From assembly GCA_964344485.1 (NCBI GenBank), contig CAYFNF010000004.1, positions 66,069 to 130,068 of the forward strand: a DNA stretch of 64,000 bases, written 5' to 3'. The translations under genes were made by a program, and so were the position numbers. The notes beneath the pieces are model-generated. The model was not told the origin of the DNA. It did not search any database and was given only the letters and a program-made list of their open reading frames with translations. The stretch is from an uncultured Gammaproteobacteria bacterium (lineage in GTDB: Bacteria > Patescibacteriota > Patescibacteriia > UBA9570 > XYC2-FULL-38-9). Positions 17,920 to 27,970 of this stretch are shown here, piece by piece. Positions within the stretch are counted from its first letter, which is position 1, and each line of letters opens with the position of its first letter.

Positions 17920-19233
17920 ATGAGTTTTGAGATTTTTTTCCTAATCGCTTTAGTCCTACTGTCTGGTTTTTTCTCAGGCGCGGAGATCGCGCTGTTTTCG
18001 CTATCCGAAGCCAAGATGCGGATGATTCTAGAGCGCGGCAAGAAGAACGCGGAGATTCTTGAAGCATTAAAAGCACAACCGCAACGCCTTCTTATTACTA
18101 TATTAATCGGGAACAACTTGATTAACATCGGCGCTTCTTCGTTAGCAACGGTTGTGGCAATAGAGAAAATGGGTTCTGCAGGCGCTGGTGTTGCAACCGG
18201 AATCATGACGTTCTTAATTTTGTTTTTCGGAGAGATCATCCCTAAGTCGATAGCGCAACGAAATCCTGAGAAGGTGTCATTGCTGATTTCTCCCTGGATG
18301 CGCTTTATTAAGTGGGCGCTCATCCCATTTGTTTGGCTCATGTACTTCTTGAGTGTTGGCTTCCAAAAGATGGTGGGAGCAAAGAAATTACCTTCGCGTG
18401 TGTCTGAAGAAGATGTGAAAGCCATGGTGGATTTGAGTCATGAAGAAGGAGGGGTGAGGAAAAATGAGAAGGAGATGATTGAAAAGGTGTTTTTGCTTGA
18501 TGATATTACTGCAGCGGATGTGATGACGCCAAAGGATTACATGGTTGGGTTTGACGCTGAGACCACGCTGGCAAGTGCAATACCGATCATTGAAGAGTCG
18601 GGGTACTCTCGATTCCCGGTATTGAAAAAGAACGGCGAAGTAGAAGGTATTGTCTATATTAAAGATGTATTTGCGTATATCGCTGACCGCGTGTCAAAAG
18701 CTGGTGATCAATGCGAGAAAGACAATAAAGAGATTATGGAGGAGCGTATCGCGACACTCGCTAAATCAGCTCTCTATATCCCAGTGACCATGCACGTGGA
18801 TGACTTAATGAAGGATTTTCAAAAAAAGAGAAAGCACATTGCCATTGTAGTAGATGAGTACGGCGCGACCCATGGATTGGTAACTTTGGAGGACCTACTC
18901 GAAGAGATTGTTGGTGAGATCATCGACGAGACTGACGTGGACGAGAACCTAATAAAACGCATTGATGAAAAAACCATTATGGTTGATACGCGCGTCAGTA
19001 TCGGCAAAGTGAACTGGTTCTTCAATTCTGAGCTCCCTGGACCAGAGCAAAAAACTGTTGGATGGTTGGTATTAAAGCAGTTCGGACGAATCCCAGAAAA
19101 AGGAGCTTCTACGACCATCGAGAACTATAAGTTTATTGTTGAAGAAGCAGAAGATCGACGGATAAAGCGTTTGCTTATGATAAAAAGAGCCCGAGCGAAG
19201 GCAAATGATACTGACGAATTACTTAAAGATTAG
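17920..19233 (+). CDS. CNNM/CorC-HlyC family transporter-associated protein (DUF21 TM domain, CBS pair, CorC_HlyC domain).
   Basis: N-terminal FFLIALVLLSGFFSGAEIALFSLS is typical of DUF21. Confidence 0.8.
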   Translation: MSFEIFFLIALVLLSGFFSGAEIALFSLSEAKMRMILERGKKNAEILEALKAQPQRLLITILIGNNLINIGASSLATVVAIEKMGSAGAGVATGIMTFLILFFGEIIPKSIAQRNPEKVSLLISPWMRFIKWALIPFVWLMYFLSVGFQKMVGAKKLPSRVSEEDVKAMVDLSHEEGGVRKNEKEMIEKVFLLDDITAADVMTPKDYMVGFDAETTLASAIPIIEESGYSRFPVLKKNGEVEGIVYIKDVFAYIADRVSKAGDQCEKDNKEIMEERIATLAKSALYIPVTMHVDDLMKDFQKKRKHIAIVVDEYGATHGLVTLEDLLEEIVGEIIDETDVDENLIKRIDEKTIMVDTRVSIGKVNWFFNSELPGPEQKTVGWLVLKQFGRIPEKGASTTIENYKFIVEEAEDRRIKRLLMIKRARAKANDTDELLKD

Positions 19234-19311
19234 ACCGGTGGAAATAATAACACCGCGGACCGAACACTGTTATATTTAAATAATATATATTAACGAGACC
19301 AGAGCACTACC

Positions 19312-20016
19312 ATGAGAAAAATAATCGTAGACACAGGTATTTTTGATCTTTTTCCAAAGTTTAAAAGAGGAGTCATTATTGTTGAAGATATCAATAACGA
19401 GCTGAGTAATAAGAGGATCAAGAGACCTTTAAACAAAGAAATTGAGAGGCAAGCCGGTGCTAATAACCATGAACATGAATATATAAAGGCATGGGATGAA
19501 GCGCATGCGCGTTTTGGGTCCAATCCAAACACGCATCCCCCGTCAATAAAATCACTTCTTAAAAGGATTGAGAAGGGAGGAGGATTTCCTTTTATAAATT
19601 CAGTAGTAGCTATCTTCAATTATATATCTATTAAGTATCTTGTACCGTGTGGTGGGGATGATGTTGATACCATTAAAGGAAATCTTCGTCTTGGATTTGC
19701 TAAAGGAAATGAAGTATTTATTCCGCTTGGAAGTGAAGAAGAGGAAAAGCCTGAGACCGGTGAAGTTATTTACTATGACGACCAATCATTGAACGTGATG
19801 TGTCGCAGATGGAATTGGAGGAACGGAGATTTTACAAAAATAACTGAACAGACCAAGAAAATTGTAATAAATATTGATGGAGTCGGGCCAGTTTTACAGT
19901 CCGATATAGTGGAGGCACAAGAAGAAATGGCAGAAATGCTTGTCGCTCACTGTAGCACACAACTTGAGAAGAGATTTATTGATAAAGACAATAGAGAGGT
20001 TGATATAACTATATAG
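19312..20016 (+). CDS. B3/B4 tRNA-binding-domain-like protein.
   Basis: The N-terminal pattern MRKIIVDTGIFDLFPKFKRGVIIVEDINN is recalled for this family. The assignment is tentative. Confidence 0.4.
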   Translation: MRKIIVDTGIFDLFPKFKRGVIIVEDINNELSNKRIKRPLNKEIERQAGANNHEHEYIKAWDEAHARFGSNPNTHPPSIKSLLKRIEKGGGFPFINSVVAIFNYISIKYLVPCGGDDVDTIKGNLRLGFAKGNEVFIPLGSEEEEKPETGEVIYYDDQSLNVMCRRWNWRNGDFTKITEQTKKIVINIDGVGPVLQSDIVEAQEEMAEMLVAHCSTQLEKRFIDKDNREVDITI

Positions 20017-20107
20017 TGTATAAAATCTATTCTATAATTAAAGGGGTTGAGTTTGAGAACAAAGATGTGTTAGAATACCAACCACCGAAATAAGTAAAAA
20101 ATACTAT

Positions 20108-20431
20108 ATGTCACAAGAAGTTTCAGACGACACATTCGAGCAGGAAGTCCTGCAATCTGACGTTCCAGTGCTCGTTGATTTTTGGGCACCGTGGTGTGGC
20201 CCATGCCGAATGCTCGGACCAATTATAGATGAGCTTTCAAAAGATAATAAAGGAAAGTCAGTGAAGATTGTGAAAGTGAACATCGATGAGAATAATGACT
20301 CGGCTTCTCGTTTTGGCGTCATGAGCATTCCAACATTGATTTTCTTTAAAGGAGGTCAGCCAGTAGATCAGCTGAGTGGCGTGCAAGAGAAAGCAGACCT
20401 GCAAAAAAAGCTTGACGAACTCGCTGGGTAA
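20108..20431 (+). CDS. trxA: Thioredoxin
   Basis: WCGPC active site (FWAPWCGPCRM), 107 aa. Confidence 0.9.
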   Translation: MSQEVSDDTFEQEVLQSDVPVLVDFWAPWCGPCRMLGPIIDELSKDNKGKSVKIVKVNIDENNDSASRFGVMSIPTLIFFKGGQPVDQLSGVQEKADLQKKLDELAG

Positions 20432-20464
20432 TTTTTCAACAATAATATTCAATAGAATACAATT

Positions 20465-21757
20465 ATGGCAAACCCATTTAAAGCAGCGCTGGAGCAATTG
20501 CATAAAGCAGCAGCGCTTATTGACGTAGATCCAGAAGTCATCGAGAGGCTGAGCAATCCTAGTCGTGAAACGCATGCATCTATTCCACTGCGCATGGATG
20601 ATGGAAAGTTGAAAGTGTTTAAAGGGTATCGCGTGCAGCATGACAACTCTCGTGGTCCGTTTAAAGGTGGAATTCGATTTCATCCAAAAACGAATATTAA
20701 TGAAGTGCGTGCACTTGCATTTTGGATGACCTTTAAGACCGCAGTGGTGGGAGTACCTCTAGGCGGGGGCAAAGGTGGTATTACTGTAGACCCAAAGAAA
20801 TTATCTGAACGAGAGCTAGAAGAGTTGACTCGCAAGTGGACTCGAGCAATGAGAGATGTGATTGGTCCGGACCGCGATATTCCAGCTCCAGACGTCTATA
20901 CCAACCCAAAGATTATGGGATGGATTGTTGATGAGTACTCAAAAGTTGCAGGAGCGTTCAGCCCAGGCGTAGTTACTGGAAAACCTCTCTCTATAGGCGG
21001 GTCTGTGGGAAGAAAGTCTGCAACAGCGCAAGGCGGCATCTATGTAACAGAGCAGTTACTAAAGAAGATCAACTTGAAGAAGCCAACTGTCATCATTCAG
21101 GGTTTTGGTAATGCGGGATCGATTTATGCTGAGCTGGCTGTGAAGAAAGGCTGGAAGGTGCTGGCTGTTTCTGATTCAAAAGGTGGTGTGATTAATCCAA
21201 ATGGATTGGACATTAAAGGGCTAGTTCGCCATAAGATGGTTACTGGAAGTGTAGTAGATTTCAAAGACAGCAAACCTATTGATAATGAAAAACTCTTATT
21301 ACAGAAGTGCGACCTATTAGTTCCTGCAGCATTAGAAGGAGTGATCACCAAGACCAATGCAGGCAGAATTAAAGCAAAGGCAGTTGTGGAGCTGGCAAAC
21401 GGCCCAACGCTTCCTGAAGCAGACGAGAAACTGTTTAAGAAAGGCATTATTGTTTTGCCAGACATTCTCGCAAATGCAGGCGGTGTGACGGTGTCGTACT
21501 TCGAATGGGTGCAGAATTTGTATCAATACTACTGGAACGAGAAAGAGATGGCCGAAAAACTAAAGCCAGTGATGATGGATGCATTTAATAATGTGTGGAG
21601 AGCGGCTGAGCGACACGAGACAGACATGAGAACAGCAGCGTACGTAGTAGCTCTTGCAACTATTGCAGAGGCTATGATCGACCGCGGGCGAGTGAAGCCA
21701 GTAAAAGGTCACTATATAGAAGAGACTAAGCAAGGAGAAGAGCCTTCCATCTACTAG
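20465..21757 (+). CDS. gdhA: Glutamate dehydrogenase (Glu/Leu/Phe/Val dehydrogenase family).
   Basis: VPLGGGKGGI and KGGIRFHP motifs. Confidence 0.85.
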   Translation: MANPFKAALEQLHKAAALIDVDPEVIERLSNPSRETHASIPLRMDDGKLKVFKGYRVQHDNSRGPFKGGIRFHPKTNINEVRALAFWMTFKTAVVGVPLGGGKGGITVDPKKLSERELEELTRKWTRAMRDVIGPDRDIPAPDVYTNPKIMGWIVDEYSKVAGAFSPGVVTGKPLSIGGSVGRKSATAQGGIYVTEQLLKKINLKKPTVIIQGFGNAGSIYAELAVKKGWKVLAVSDSKGGVINPNGLDIKGLVRHKMVTGSVVDFKDSKPIDNEKLLLQKCDLLVPAALEGVITKTNAGRIKAKAVVELANGPTLPEADEKLFKKGIIVLPDILANAGGVTVSYFEWVQNLYQYYWNEKEMAEKLKPVMMDAFNNVWRAAERHETDMRTAAYVVALATIAEAMIDRGRVKPVKGHYIEETKQGEEPSIY

Positions 21758-21889
21758 TTCGATATTCCAACGACAGTCGAAGAGCCCTGGACATCCCCAG
21801 GGCTCTTGACTTTGCATTAAGCTGTGTTAGGCTGCTCTTTACGCATCGTGCGCTGTGCTAGCAAGCGATGTACTTTCCGGAGGATTGAG

Positions 21890-22321
21890 ATGAGCGACAT
21901 GTTGGCAGGACTGGAGCGAGTGCTCGGCAGCAAGGCGAACGTAGTCAAGGTGATGTTCCTAGCGCTTCAGGGAGACCACGGCCCGGTCAAGGGCCTCCCG
22001 GGTGTCCCGGACGACAGCAACGGACTGACCTTCTTCCGTGCAGTACTGGGCGACGGCGACGAGCTGATCGAGTACCTGCGGCACGAGCCGGTCTACGAGC
22101 TGACCATGCACCTGGAGGTGGTGTTCGGCGATGACCATCAGGGGCTGATCGGGCTCCTGGCACGCATCTACCACGATGGAGACCAGCAGGCACTCCGTGA
22201 AGGCTGGGCCGGCGAGCAAGGGGTCGGAGAGCCCGACGAGCGTCTCCGAAACATCATCCGCGACGCCTGCACCGGAGCAGGGCTGGAGAGCCCGTGGGCA
22301 AGCGAGGGCGACGCCTCGTAA
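21890..22321 (+). CDS. Hypothetical acidic protein of GC-rich island C. Start is taken at MSDMLAGLERV.
   Basis: GGAGG SD 6 nt upstream of the ATG at 21890. High GC relative to the flanking genes. Confidence 0.45.
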   Translation: MSDMLAGLERVLGSKANVVKVMFLALQGDHGPVKGLPGVPDDSNGLTFFRAVLGDGDELIEYLRHEPVYELTMHLEVVFGDDHQGLIGLLARIYHDGDQQALREGWAGEQGVGEPDERLRNIIRDACTGAGLESPWASEGDAS

Positions 22322-22449
22322 CCACCGGCTGACCATTGTCAGTATATCTGTGTACAGGTTGTAAATCTGACATGAACACATCCACCCTGTTTTTTTATAT
22401 CGTTCTATAGTATGATCATAGAAAGATACATAAGTACTAATTCATTCTT

Positions 22450-23919
22450 ATGTTTAAAGAGCTGCGCTCACTCAAAGCGCAAATCATTCAGCCCTCGAGA
22501 GAGGAGTTACGAAAGATCGCTACTCCGCACGAGCATACCACTGAATTCGGTAGTGCATCGTATATTAGTGATATAAAATCACGAAGCGCAAAGTACACTG
22601 CAGTGACCACCGAAGATGGCCTCACTGATGACGATTTTACTTTACTAAAAGACGTGCGAGAGCACTTACAGGGTCGAGAGTTGATACAGTTCGACACGGT
22701 AATTGCACAACCATCAGAGCATTTAACCATGCGACTGATTATTCCAAAGGAATTCGCGCATATTGCTTATGGATGGAGCTTCATCAACTGGGACGAAGGC
22801 GAGATCCAGGGAGAGCCAGACATTGTGACGATTGATGTTCCGGACTGGGAGACACGCCGTATGTTGGTGGATCCAGACACTATGACCAATGTCTTATGCG
22901 GGACAGACTATACTGGCGAAGTAAAGAAGTCTGGTTTACGCTTGGCCATGTATCACATGAAGAAAAAAGGCGGCTTGGGATTGCATGCAGGCTCAAAGAA
23001 CTTCACAGTGAAAAATAGCAGAACGGACAAGCTCGAAGAAAAAGGATGCTTGTTTTTTGGTTTGTCTGGGACAGGAAAATCCACGCTGTCGTGCCATCAC
23101 TGCGGTATTCAGGAAGATGGAGAAGGACAACTTATTTTGCAGGATGATGTGGTGTTATTGGACGCAGAAGGCAAAGCATTGGGGACTGAGGATAATTTCT
23201 ATTTAAAAACTATCGGCGTGACCAAAGAGACACAACCGATTATCTATGACGCGCTGGTTGATTCTGACACCGTGCTAGAGAATGTTATGGTGCATGAGGA
23301 TGGAACTGTGGACTTTATGAGCGATAAGATTACTTCCAACGGACGTGCAGTAGTAGTGAGAACCAAAATGCCGTACACGGATCCGGACCAAGTAGACATG
23401 GAGAGCACGGACTATGTCTTCTTCATAACTCGCAATGCACTGATGCCTCCTGTAGCTCGACTGAATTCATTGCAGGCAGCGAAGTACTTTATGCTCGGCG
23501 AAACCGTAGAAACAGGCGCAGGCGATCCAAATGAAATCGGTCAGGCTAAGCGAGTTGTGGGGTTCAATCCTTTTATCATCGGATCTCAAGGTGAAGAAGG
23601 AAATCGTTTCTATGATATTATCTCTTCGCTTGCTGGAGTTGAGACCTTTATTATCAACACCGGTGCAGTGGAAGGGAGCAAATCCGCACACGATATCACG
23701 CTAAAAGAGACTACAGAGATCATTCGAAATATTCTGCGCTCTGAGTTTGAGTGGATTGTCGATGAAAGGACCGGGCTAGAGGTCTCTACGGAAGTGGATC
23801 TATACCGTGAGTGCTTCGAAGACGGTGAGTTCAAAGAAAAATGGGAAAAGTTTGAACAGGAGCGGCTCGAGTATCTGCAACAATTTTCAGATTTAAATCA
23901 CACAATAGTACAAGCGTAA
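22450..23919 (+). CDS. pckA: Phosphoenolpyruvate carboxykinase (ATP).
   Basis: Kinase-1a motif FFGLSGTGKSTLS. Confidence 0.7.
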   Translation: MFKELRSLKAQIIQPSREELRKIATPHEHTTEFGSASYISDIKSRSAKYTAVTTEDGLTDDDFTLLKDVREHLQGRELIQFDTVIAQPSEHLTMRLIIPKEFAHIAYGWSFINWDEGEIQGEPDIVTIDVPDWETRRMLVDPDTMTNVLCGTDYTGEVKKSGLRLAMYHMKKKGGLGLHAGSKNFTVKNSRTDKLEEKGCLFFGLSGTGKSTLSCHHCGIQEDGEGQLILQDDVVLLDAEGKALGTEDNFYLKTIGVTKETQPIIYDALVDSDTVLENVMVHEDGTVDFMSDKITSNGRAVVVRTKMPYTDPDQVDMESTDYVFFITRNALMPPVARLNSLQAAKYFMLGETVETGAGDPNEIGQAKRVVGFNPFIIGSQGEEGNRFYDIISSLAGVETFIINTGAVEGSKSAHDITLKETTEIIRNILRSEFEWIVDERTGLEVSTEVDLYRECFEDGEFKEKWEKFEQERLEYLQQFSDLNHTIVQA

Positions 23920-23933
23920 TTTATATACGATCT

Positions 23934-25109
23934 ATGGAACACACACTAAGCCAACGAGTAGCACAGATCCAACCGTCGGCCACTCTTGTCATGTCTGCCA
24001 AGGCAAAAGACATGAAAGCAGCCGGGGAAGACGTGCTGAATTTTTCTGCCGGGGAGCCAGATTTTGATGTCGCACCACATATTCAAGAAGCAGCGACTCA
24101 AGCCATTAAAGATAATTTTTCATACTATACGGCCAGCGCTGGAATGCCCGAGCTCAAGCAAGCAATTGTTGAGAAAATGGACCGCGAGAACAACATCTCT
24201 TGCACACAGAAGAACGTCATCGTGACTAACGGAGGAAAGGAAGGATTATTCTTATTGCTGCAAGCAATCATAGAGGATGGAGATGAAGTCATTGTTCCCA
24301 CGCCATATTGGGTGTCATATGATGAGCAGATTCGTTATGCAGGAGGAGTGTTTGTTCCTATGCAGACTGATAGCGCATTTCATTTTACAGTAGAAGATAT
24401 TGAAAAAGTAATCACCAGCAAGACAAAAGCGATAATTCTAAATAGCCCGTCCAATCCTACCGGCGCTGTAATACCAACTGAAGAGCTGGAGAAGCTTGCA
24501 GAGCTGGTGAAGCAGCGGGATCTATGGGTGATCTCTGATGAAGTCTATGAACATTTTCTGTACGATGGTCGTACGCACACGTCTATTGCGTCTTTCCCTG
24601 ATATGTTTGATCAAGCAGTGGTAGTGAACGCAGCATCAAAAACCTATTGTATGACTGGCTGGAGAATCGGATATCTGGTTGGGCCGGAAGATATCATTGC
24701 ACCTATGGCGCGTTTGAAGAGTCACTTGTCGTCTAATGCTAATAGCATTGCGCAGAAAGCCGCTCTCGCTGCACTGAATGGACCACAAGACATGGTCGAA
24801 GAGATGCGATATACATTTGATGAACGGAGGCTAGCACTGTGGAAAGGTATTAATGAAATTGATGGATGTGCGCTGGAGAAACCCGAAGGCGCGTTTTACG
24901 GATTTATTGACGCTACCGGTGCTATGGGAAAGACTGGCATAAAGAGCTCCATGGAATTTTGTGAGACGTTGCTAGAGAAAGAAAAAATGGCAGTAGTGCC
25001 AGGCGAGGCTTTCGGCGAGCAATATAAGAACTACATTCGATTTTCATTTGCCTCAGCAACAGAAGACATACAACGCGGCATTGAGAGACTCGCGCGGTTC
25101 GTTCAATAG
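23934..25109 (+). CDS. Class-I PLP-dependent (aspartate/aromatic) aminotransferase.
   Basis: NSPSNPTGAV and SKTYCMTGWRIGY (PLP lysine region). Confidence 0.8.
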   Translation: MEHTLSQRVAQIQPSATLVMSAKAKDMKAAGEDVLNFSAGEPDFDVAPHIQEAATQAIKDNFSYYTASAGMPELKQAIVEKMDRENNISCTQKNVIVTNGGKEGLFLLLQAIIEDGDEVIVPTPYWVSYDEQIRYAGGVFVPMQTDSAFHFTVEDIEKVITSKTKAIILNSPSNPTGAVIPTEELEKLAELVKQRDLWVISDEVYEHFLYDGRTHTSIASFPDMFDQAVVVNAASKTYCMTGWRIGYLVGPEDIIAPMARLKSHLSSNANSIAQKAALAALNGPQDMVEEMRYTFDERRLALWKGINEIDGCALEKPEGAFYGFIDATGAMGKTGIKSSMEFCETLLEKEKMAVVPGEAFGEQYKNYIRFSFASATEDIQRGIERLARFVQ

Positions 25110-25204
25110 TGTCACGGCTGTTGCGCTGCGTGATATTGCCTCGGACTAAAACCCGGTTCTCGCCGGGCCAACCGTCCTGCGACAATATCACCTCCGCGCA
25201 ATAA

Positions 25205-26059
25205 TTAGCGCCACTCTTTCTCTGCTTGCTCTAAACCAGCTTGTCTTGATATATCAAACCATTTTCCTTGAAATGGATACCCTGCTAATTGTCCAGTAGA
25301 TGCAATATGCGTCAGTACGTCATGCTCAAGTGATGTCGCATCTTCTTGGATATAGTCAAATACTGTTGGTTCAAATATATACATCCCTGCATTCACTAAC
25401 CCTGGCTTCCCCTCTTTGCCTGGTTTCTCGGAGTACTCAACGACCTTATTACCTTCCATGCGCGCGACGCCGTACTCACCTGGAGCTTTCTTATATGTTA
25501 ACGCTACTGTTCCTACTGCACCGCTCTGCTGATGATGCTCTACAAAATCATTTAAGTTGATGTCGACAAGCTGGTCACTGTAGATAAGAATAAATGTCCC
25601 TTGAATAGATGTTTGTGCTGACACAAGTGCTCGAGCAGTTCCGCTAGAATGTGGGTTATCAATATATTCAACACGAACACCCCACTGCGTTCCATCTCTA
25701 AGGTACTCTTCGATGTGGCCTCGGCTGTATTGGTCTACTACTAAAATCGTTTCATGGATTCCGAAGCTCTTTAATAGATCAAAAAGGTATGCAATTACTG
25801 AGCGATTCTGTACACGCATAAGTGCTGGCACTTCCTTCTTATTGTTGCTTCCAGCAAAGATGACGACTTGGCGAATACCTAAGCCAAGGTGCTGACTGAG
25901 GATGTATTCAATCGCATGAGAGCGATTTCGTATCTTTTCCCCGTCAATAAAGTTATCCAGCAGCGGTAGCAGGTCATTCTTTAATGTAATTGTTATCCGC
26001 GCTTTTCCTTTTGTATTTGTCATATCATACAAAGTGAATATTGAATCATACTCCATCAT
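25205..26059 (-). CDS. Sugar-phosphate nucleotidyltransferase (NTP_transferase family), with a possible N-terminal ribbon-helix-helix-like extension. The start is uncertain between 26134 and 26023. The longest ORF would overlap the rnhB start.
   Basis: C-terminal region ...YGVARMEGNKVVEYSEKPGKEGKPGLVNAGMYIFEP matches the nucleotidyltransferase core. Confidence 0.55.
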   Translation of the reverse strand: MMEYDSIFTLYDMTNTKGKARITITLKNDLLPLLDNFIDGEKIRNRSHAIEYILSQHLGLGIRQVVIFAGSNNKKEVPALMRVQNRSVIAYLFDLLKSFGIHETILVVDQYSRGHIEEYLRDGTQWGVRVEYIDNPHSSGTARALVSAQTSIQGTFILIYSDQLVDINLNDFVEHHQQSGAVGTVALTYKKAPGEYGVARMEGNKVVEYSEKPGKEGKPGLVNAGMYIFEPTVFDYIQEDATSLEHDVLTHIASTGQLAGYPFQGKWFDISRQAGLEQAEKEWR

Positions 26060-26114
26060 ATCCAAGTATGATCTTTTGTCAAGCGTAATGAAATGCCGTA
26101 CAATATGATGCGCT

Positions 26115-26726
26115 ATGATCAACCGACCACACACACGATATGAAAAGAGACTTTATAAAGAAGGATATAAGGTCATTGTTGGCGTTGATGAAGTCGGACG
26201 CGGGTCCTGGGCAGGCCCTTTAGTGGCTGCTGCTGTGGTTATGCCTTTAAAACCCCGCTTAAACGGAGTGCGTGATTCAAAGAAACTCACTCCTAAAAGA
26301 AGAGACGAGCTATCTCAACGTATTCAAGACCGGGCATCTGCATGGTCGATAGGAATTGTGTCACATGAAGAGATCGATGAAATTGGTATTTCTCAAGCAA
26401 ATCAGCAAGCCATGCTCCGTGCAGTGGAGGGGCTAGTGTTGTCGCCAGACTATATTTTAATTGATGCATTTAAGTTAGTAGGCCTTCCAGCTAAGCACGC
26501 AGCAGTTGCGCACGGAGACGCTATGGTCTACTCCATTGCTGCTGCATCCATTGTTGCCAAGGTCTATCGAGATGAGTTGATGACTGAATACCATGATCGA
26601 TATGATGTGTATGGATTTGATACCAACAAAGGGTACGGAACACCAAAACACATCACTGCACTGGAAGAACACGGGCTGTGTCCGATTCACCGCACCTCTT
26701 TTCATCCCATGCAATCAATGGTATAA
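26115..26726 (+). CDS. rnhB: Ribonuclease HII
   Basis: VGVDEVGRGSWAGPLVAAAV catalytic region. Confidence 0.9.
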   Translation: MINRPHTRYEKRLYKEGYKVIVGVDEVGRGSWAGPLVAAAVVMPLKPRLNGVRDSKKLTPKRRDELSQRIQDRASAWSIGIVSHEEIDEIGISQANQQAMLRAVEGLVLSPDYILIDAFKLVGLPAKHAAVAHGDAMVYSIAAASIVAKVYRDELMTEYHDRYDVYGFDTNKGYGTPKHITALEEHGLCPIHRTSFHPMQSMV

Positions 26727-26735
26727 TAGTACTAT

Positions 26736-27302
26736 ATGGACGATGTGATCACAGATATCATTCCAGAGGAAGATATCGTTAATACAAAAGAGATTCTTCA
26801 GAGAACCGGGATTCAGCCAGGCAATACTGCCGCGGATTTTGGTTGTGGGAGAGAAGCGCTCTTTACTACTGCAGCAGCAGAGATCGTTACTTCTACTGGC
26901 GTGGTCTATGCCTTGGACGTGGTGAAAGATATTCTTGCGATTATTGAAGAAAAGGTTGAAGGTGCTGGCCTGCACAATGTGATTACAGTATGGACTGACT
27001 TAGAGGTCCTCGGCGCTGCAAAAAAGATTTTAGACGGCACTGTGGATGTGGGTATTCTATCTGACACCTTGTTTCAATCACAAAAACGACAAGACATGAT
27101 TGCTGAGTGCCTGCGAATGGTCAAGCCTGGCGGGAAGCTGCTTGTAGTGGAATGGAAGCCAACAAACACCCCATTGGGCCCTCCAGTAGAGAATCGTGTA
27201 CATCCAGATGAGATAAAACAGATCTGTTCTTCATTTGGGATGCAGTTGCTTGAGGAGTTTGAAGCCGGAGAGTATCACTGGGGTCAGATATACCAGCGCT
27301 AG
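26736..27302 (+). CDS. Class I SAM-dependent methyltransferase.
   Basis: ADFGCGREAL motif I and VKPGGKLLVVEW. Confidence 0.6.
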   Translation: MDDVITDIIPEEDIVNTKEILQRTGIQPGNTAADFGCGREALFTTAAAEIVTSTGVVYALDVVKDILAIIEEKVEGAGLHNVITVWTDLEVLGAAKKILDGTVDVGILSDTLFQSQKRQDMIAECLRMVKPGGKLLVVEWKPTNTPLGPPVENRVHPDEIKQICSSFGMQLLEEFEAGEYHWGQIYQR

Positions 27303-27346
27303 CGCGGATCAGAACTTTATAGTATAATACAGGAAATCCACCCAAT

Positions 27347-27733
27347 TTGTGGGTTTTTTATATGCAAAAAACAAAACAATATCGCGGAAAACAAGGCGAA
27401 AGGAGCGTTGCGCTGTATTTGCAGCAACGCGGGTTTCGGATACTAGGAAAGAATGTTTACACTCGATGGGGAGAGATAGATATTATCGCTGCGCGCGGAA
27501 ATACAATCCATGCAATTGAGGTAAAAACGCGTACGTCGGACCGATTTGGCGGCGCGGAGTACGCGCTGACTCGGCAGAAGATACAGAGGATGAAGCGAGC
27601 GATATTCACGATTCGTCGTGATAAGATACCGTTTATTACAGGCAGAACACAGTTGGATTTTGCTGCTGTGCTCATGACCAACGATACACTTGAGATATCC
27701 ATGCATTGGAATATAAACGATGCGGATTTGTGA
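27347..27733 (+). CDS. YraN-family (UPF0102) endonuclease-like protein.
   Basis: QYRGKQGERSVALYLQQRGFRILGKNVYTRWGEIDIIA pattern. Conserved neighbour of rnhB. Confidence 0.7.
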   Translation: MWVFYMQKTKQYRGKQGERSVALYLQQRGFRILGKNVYTRWGEIDIIAARGNTIHAIEVKTRTSDRFGGAEYALTRQKIQRMKRAIFTIRRDKIPFITGRTQLDFAAVLMTNDTLEISMHWNINDADL

Positions 27734-27970
27734 TTTTCCACACTAGCGTCATTGACCCAACTCTCGTGATTGCATAAAATAGATACTGGTGTTCTTTGCA
27801 AAACTATTTTGATACTGCTTGTGATAGGGAGGACAGCGGTCCTTTTTCTTTTTGTAAAGACCACTGTGGCGAGACAACAGTCGATGCATTAAACACGGTT
27901 TGATGTGGAGCGTTGTATTGCCGGACGTTTAATTCGTTTCCTCTATATCAGGAGGGGTAATCAAATACAT

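Noticed and set aside
17832-18425. ORF 17832..18425(-), 197 aa.
   Set aside because: It is antisense to the well-supported CorC/CBS transporter gene and has no motifs.
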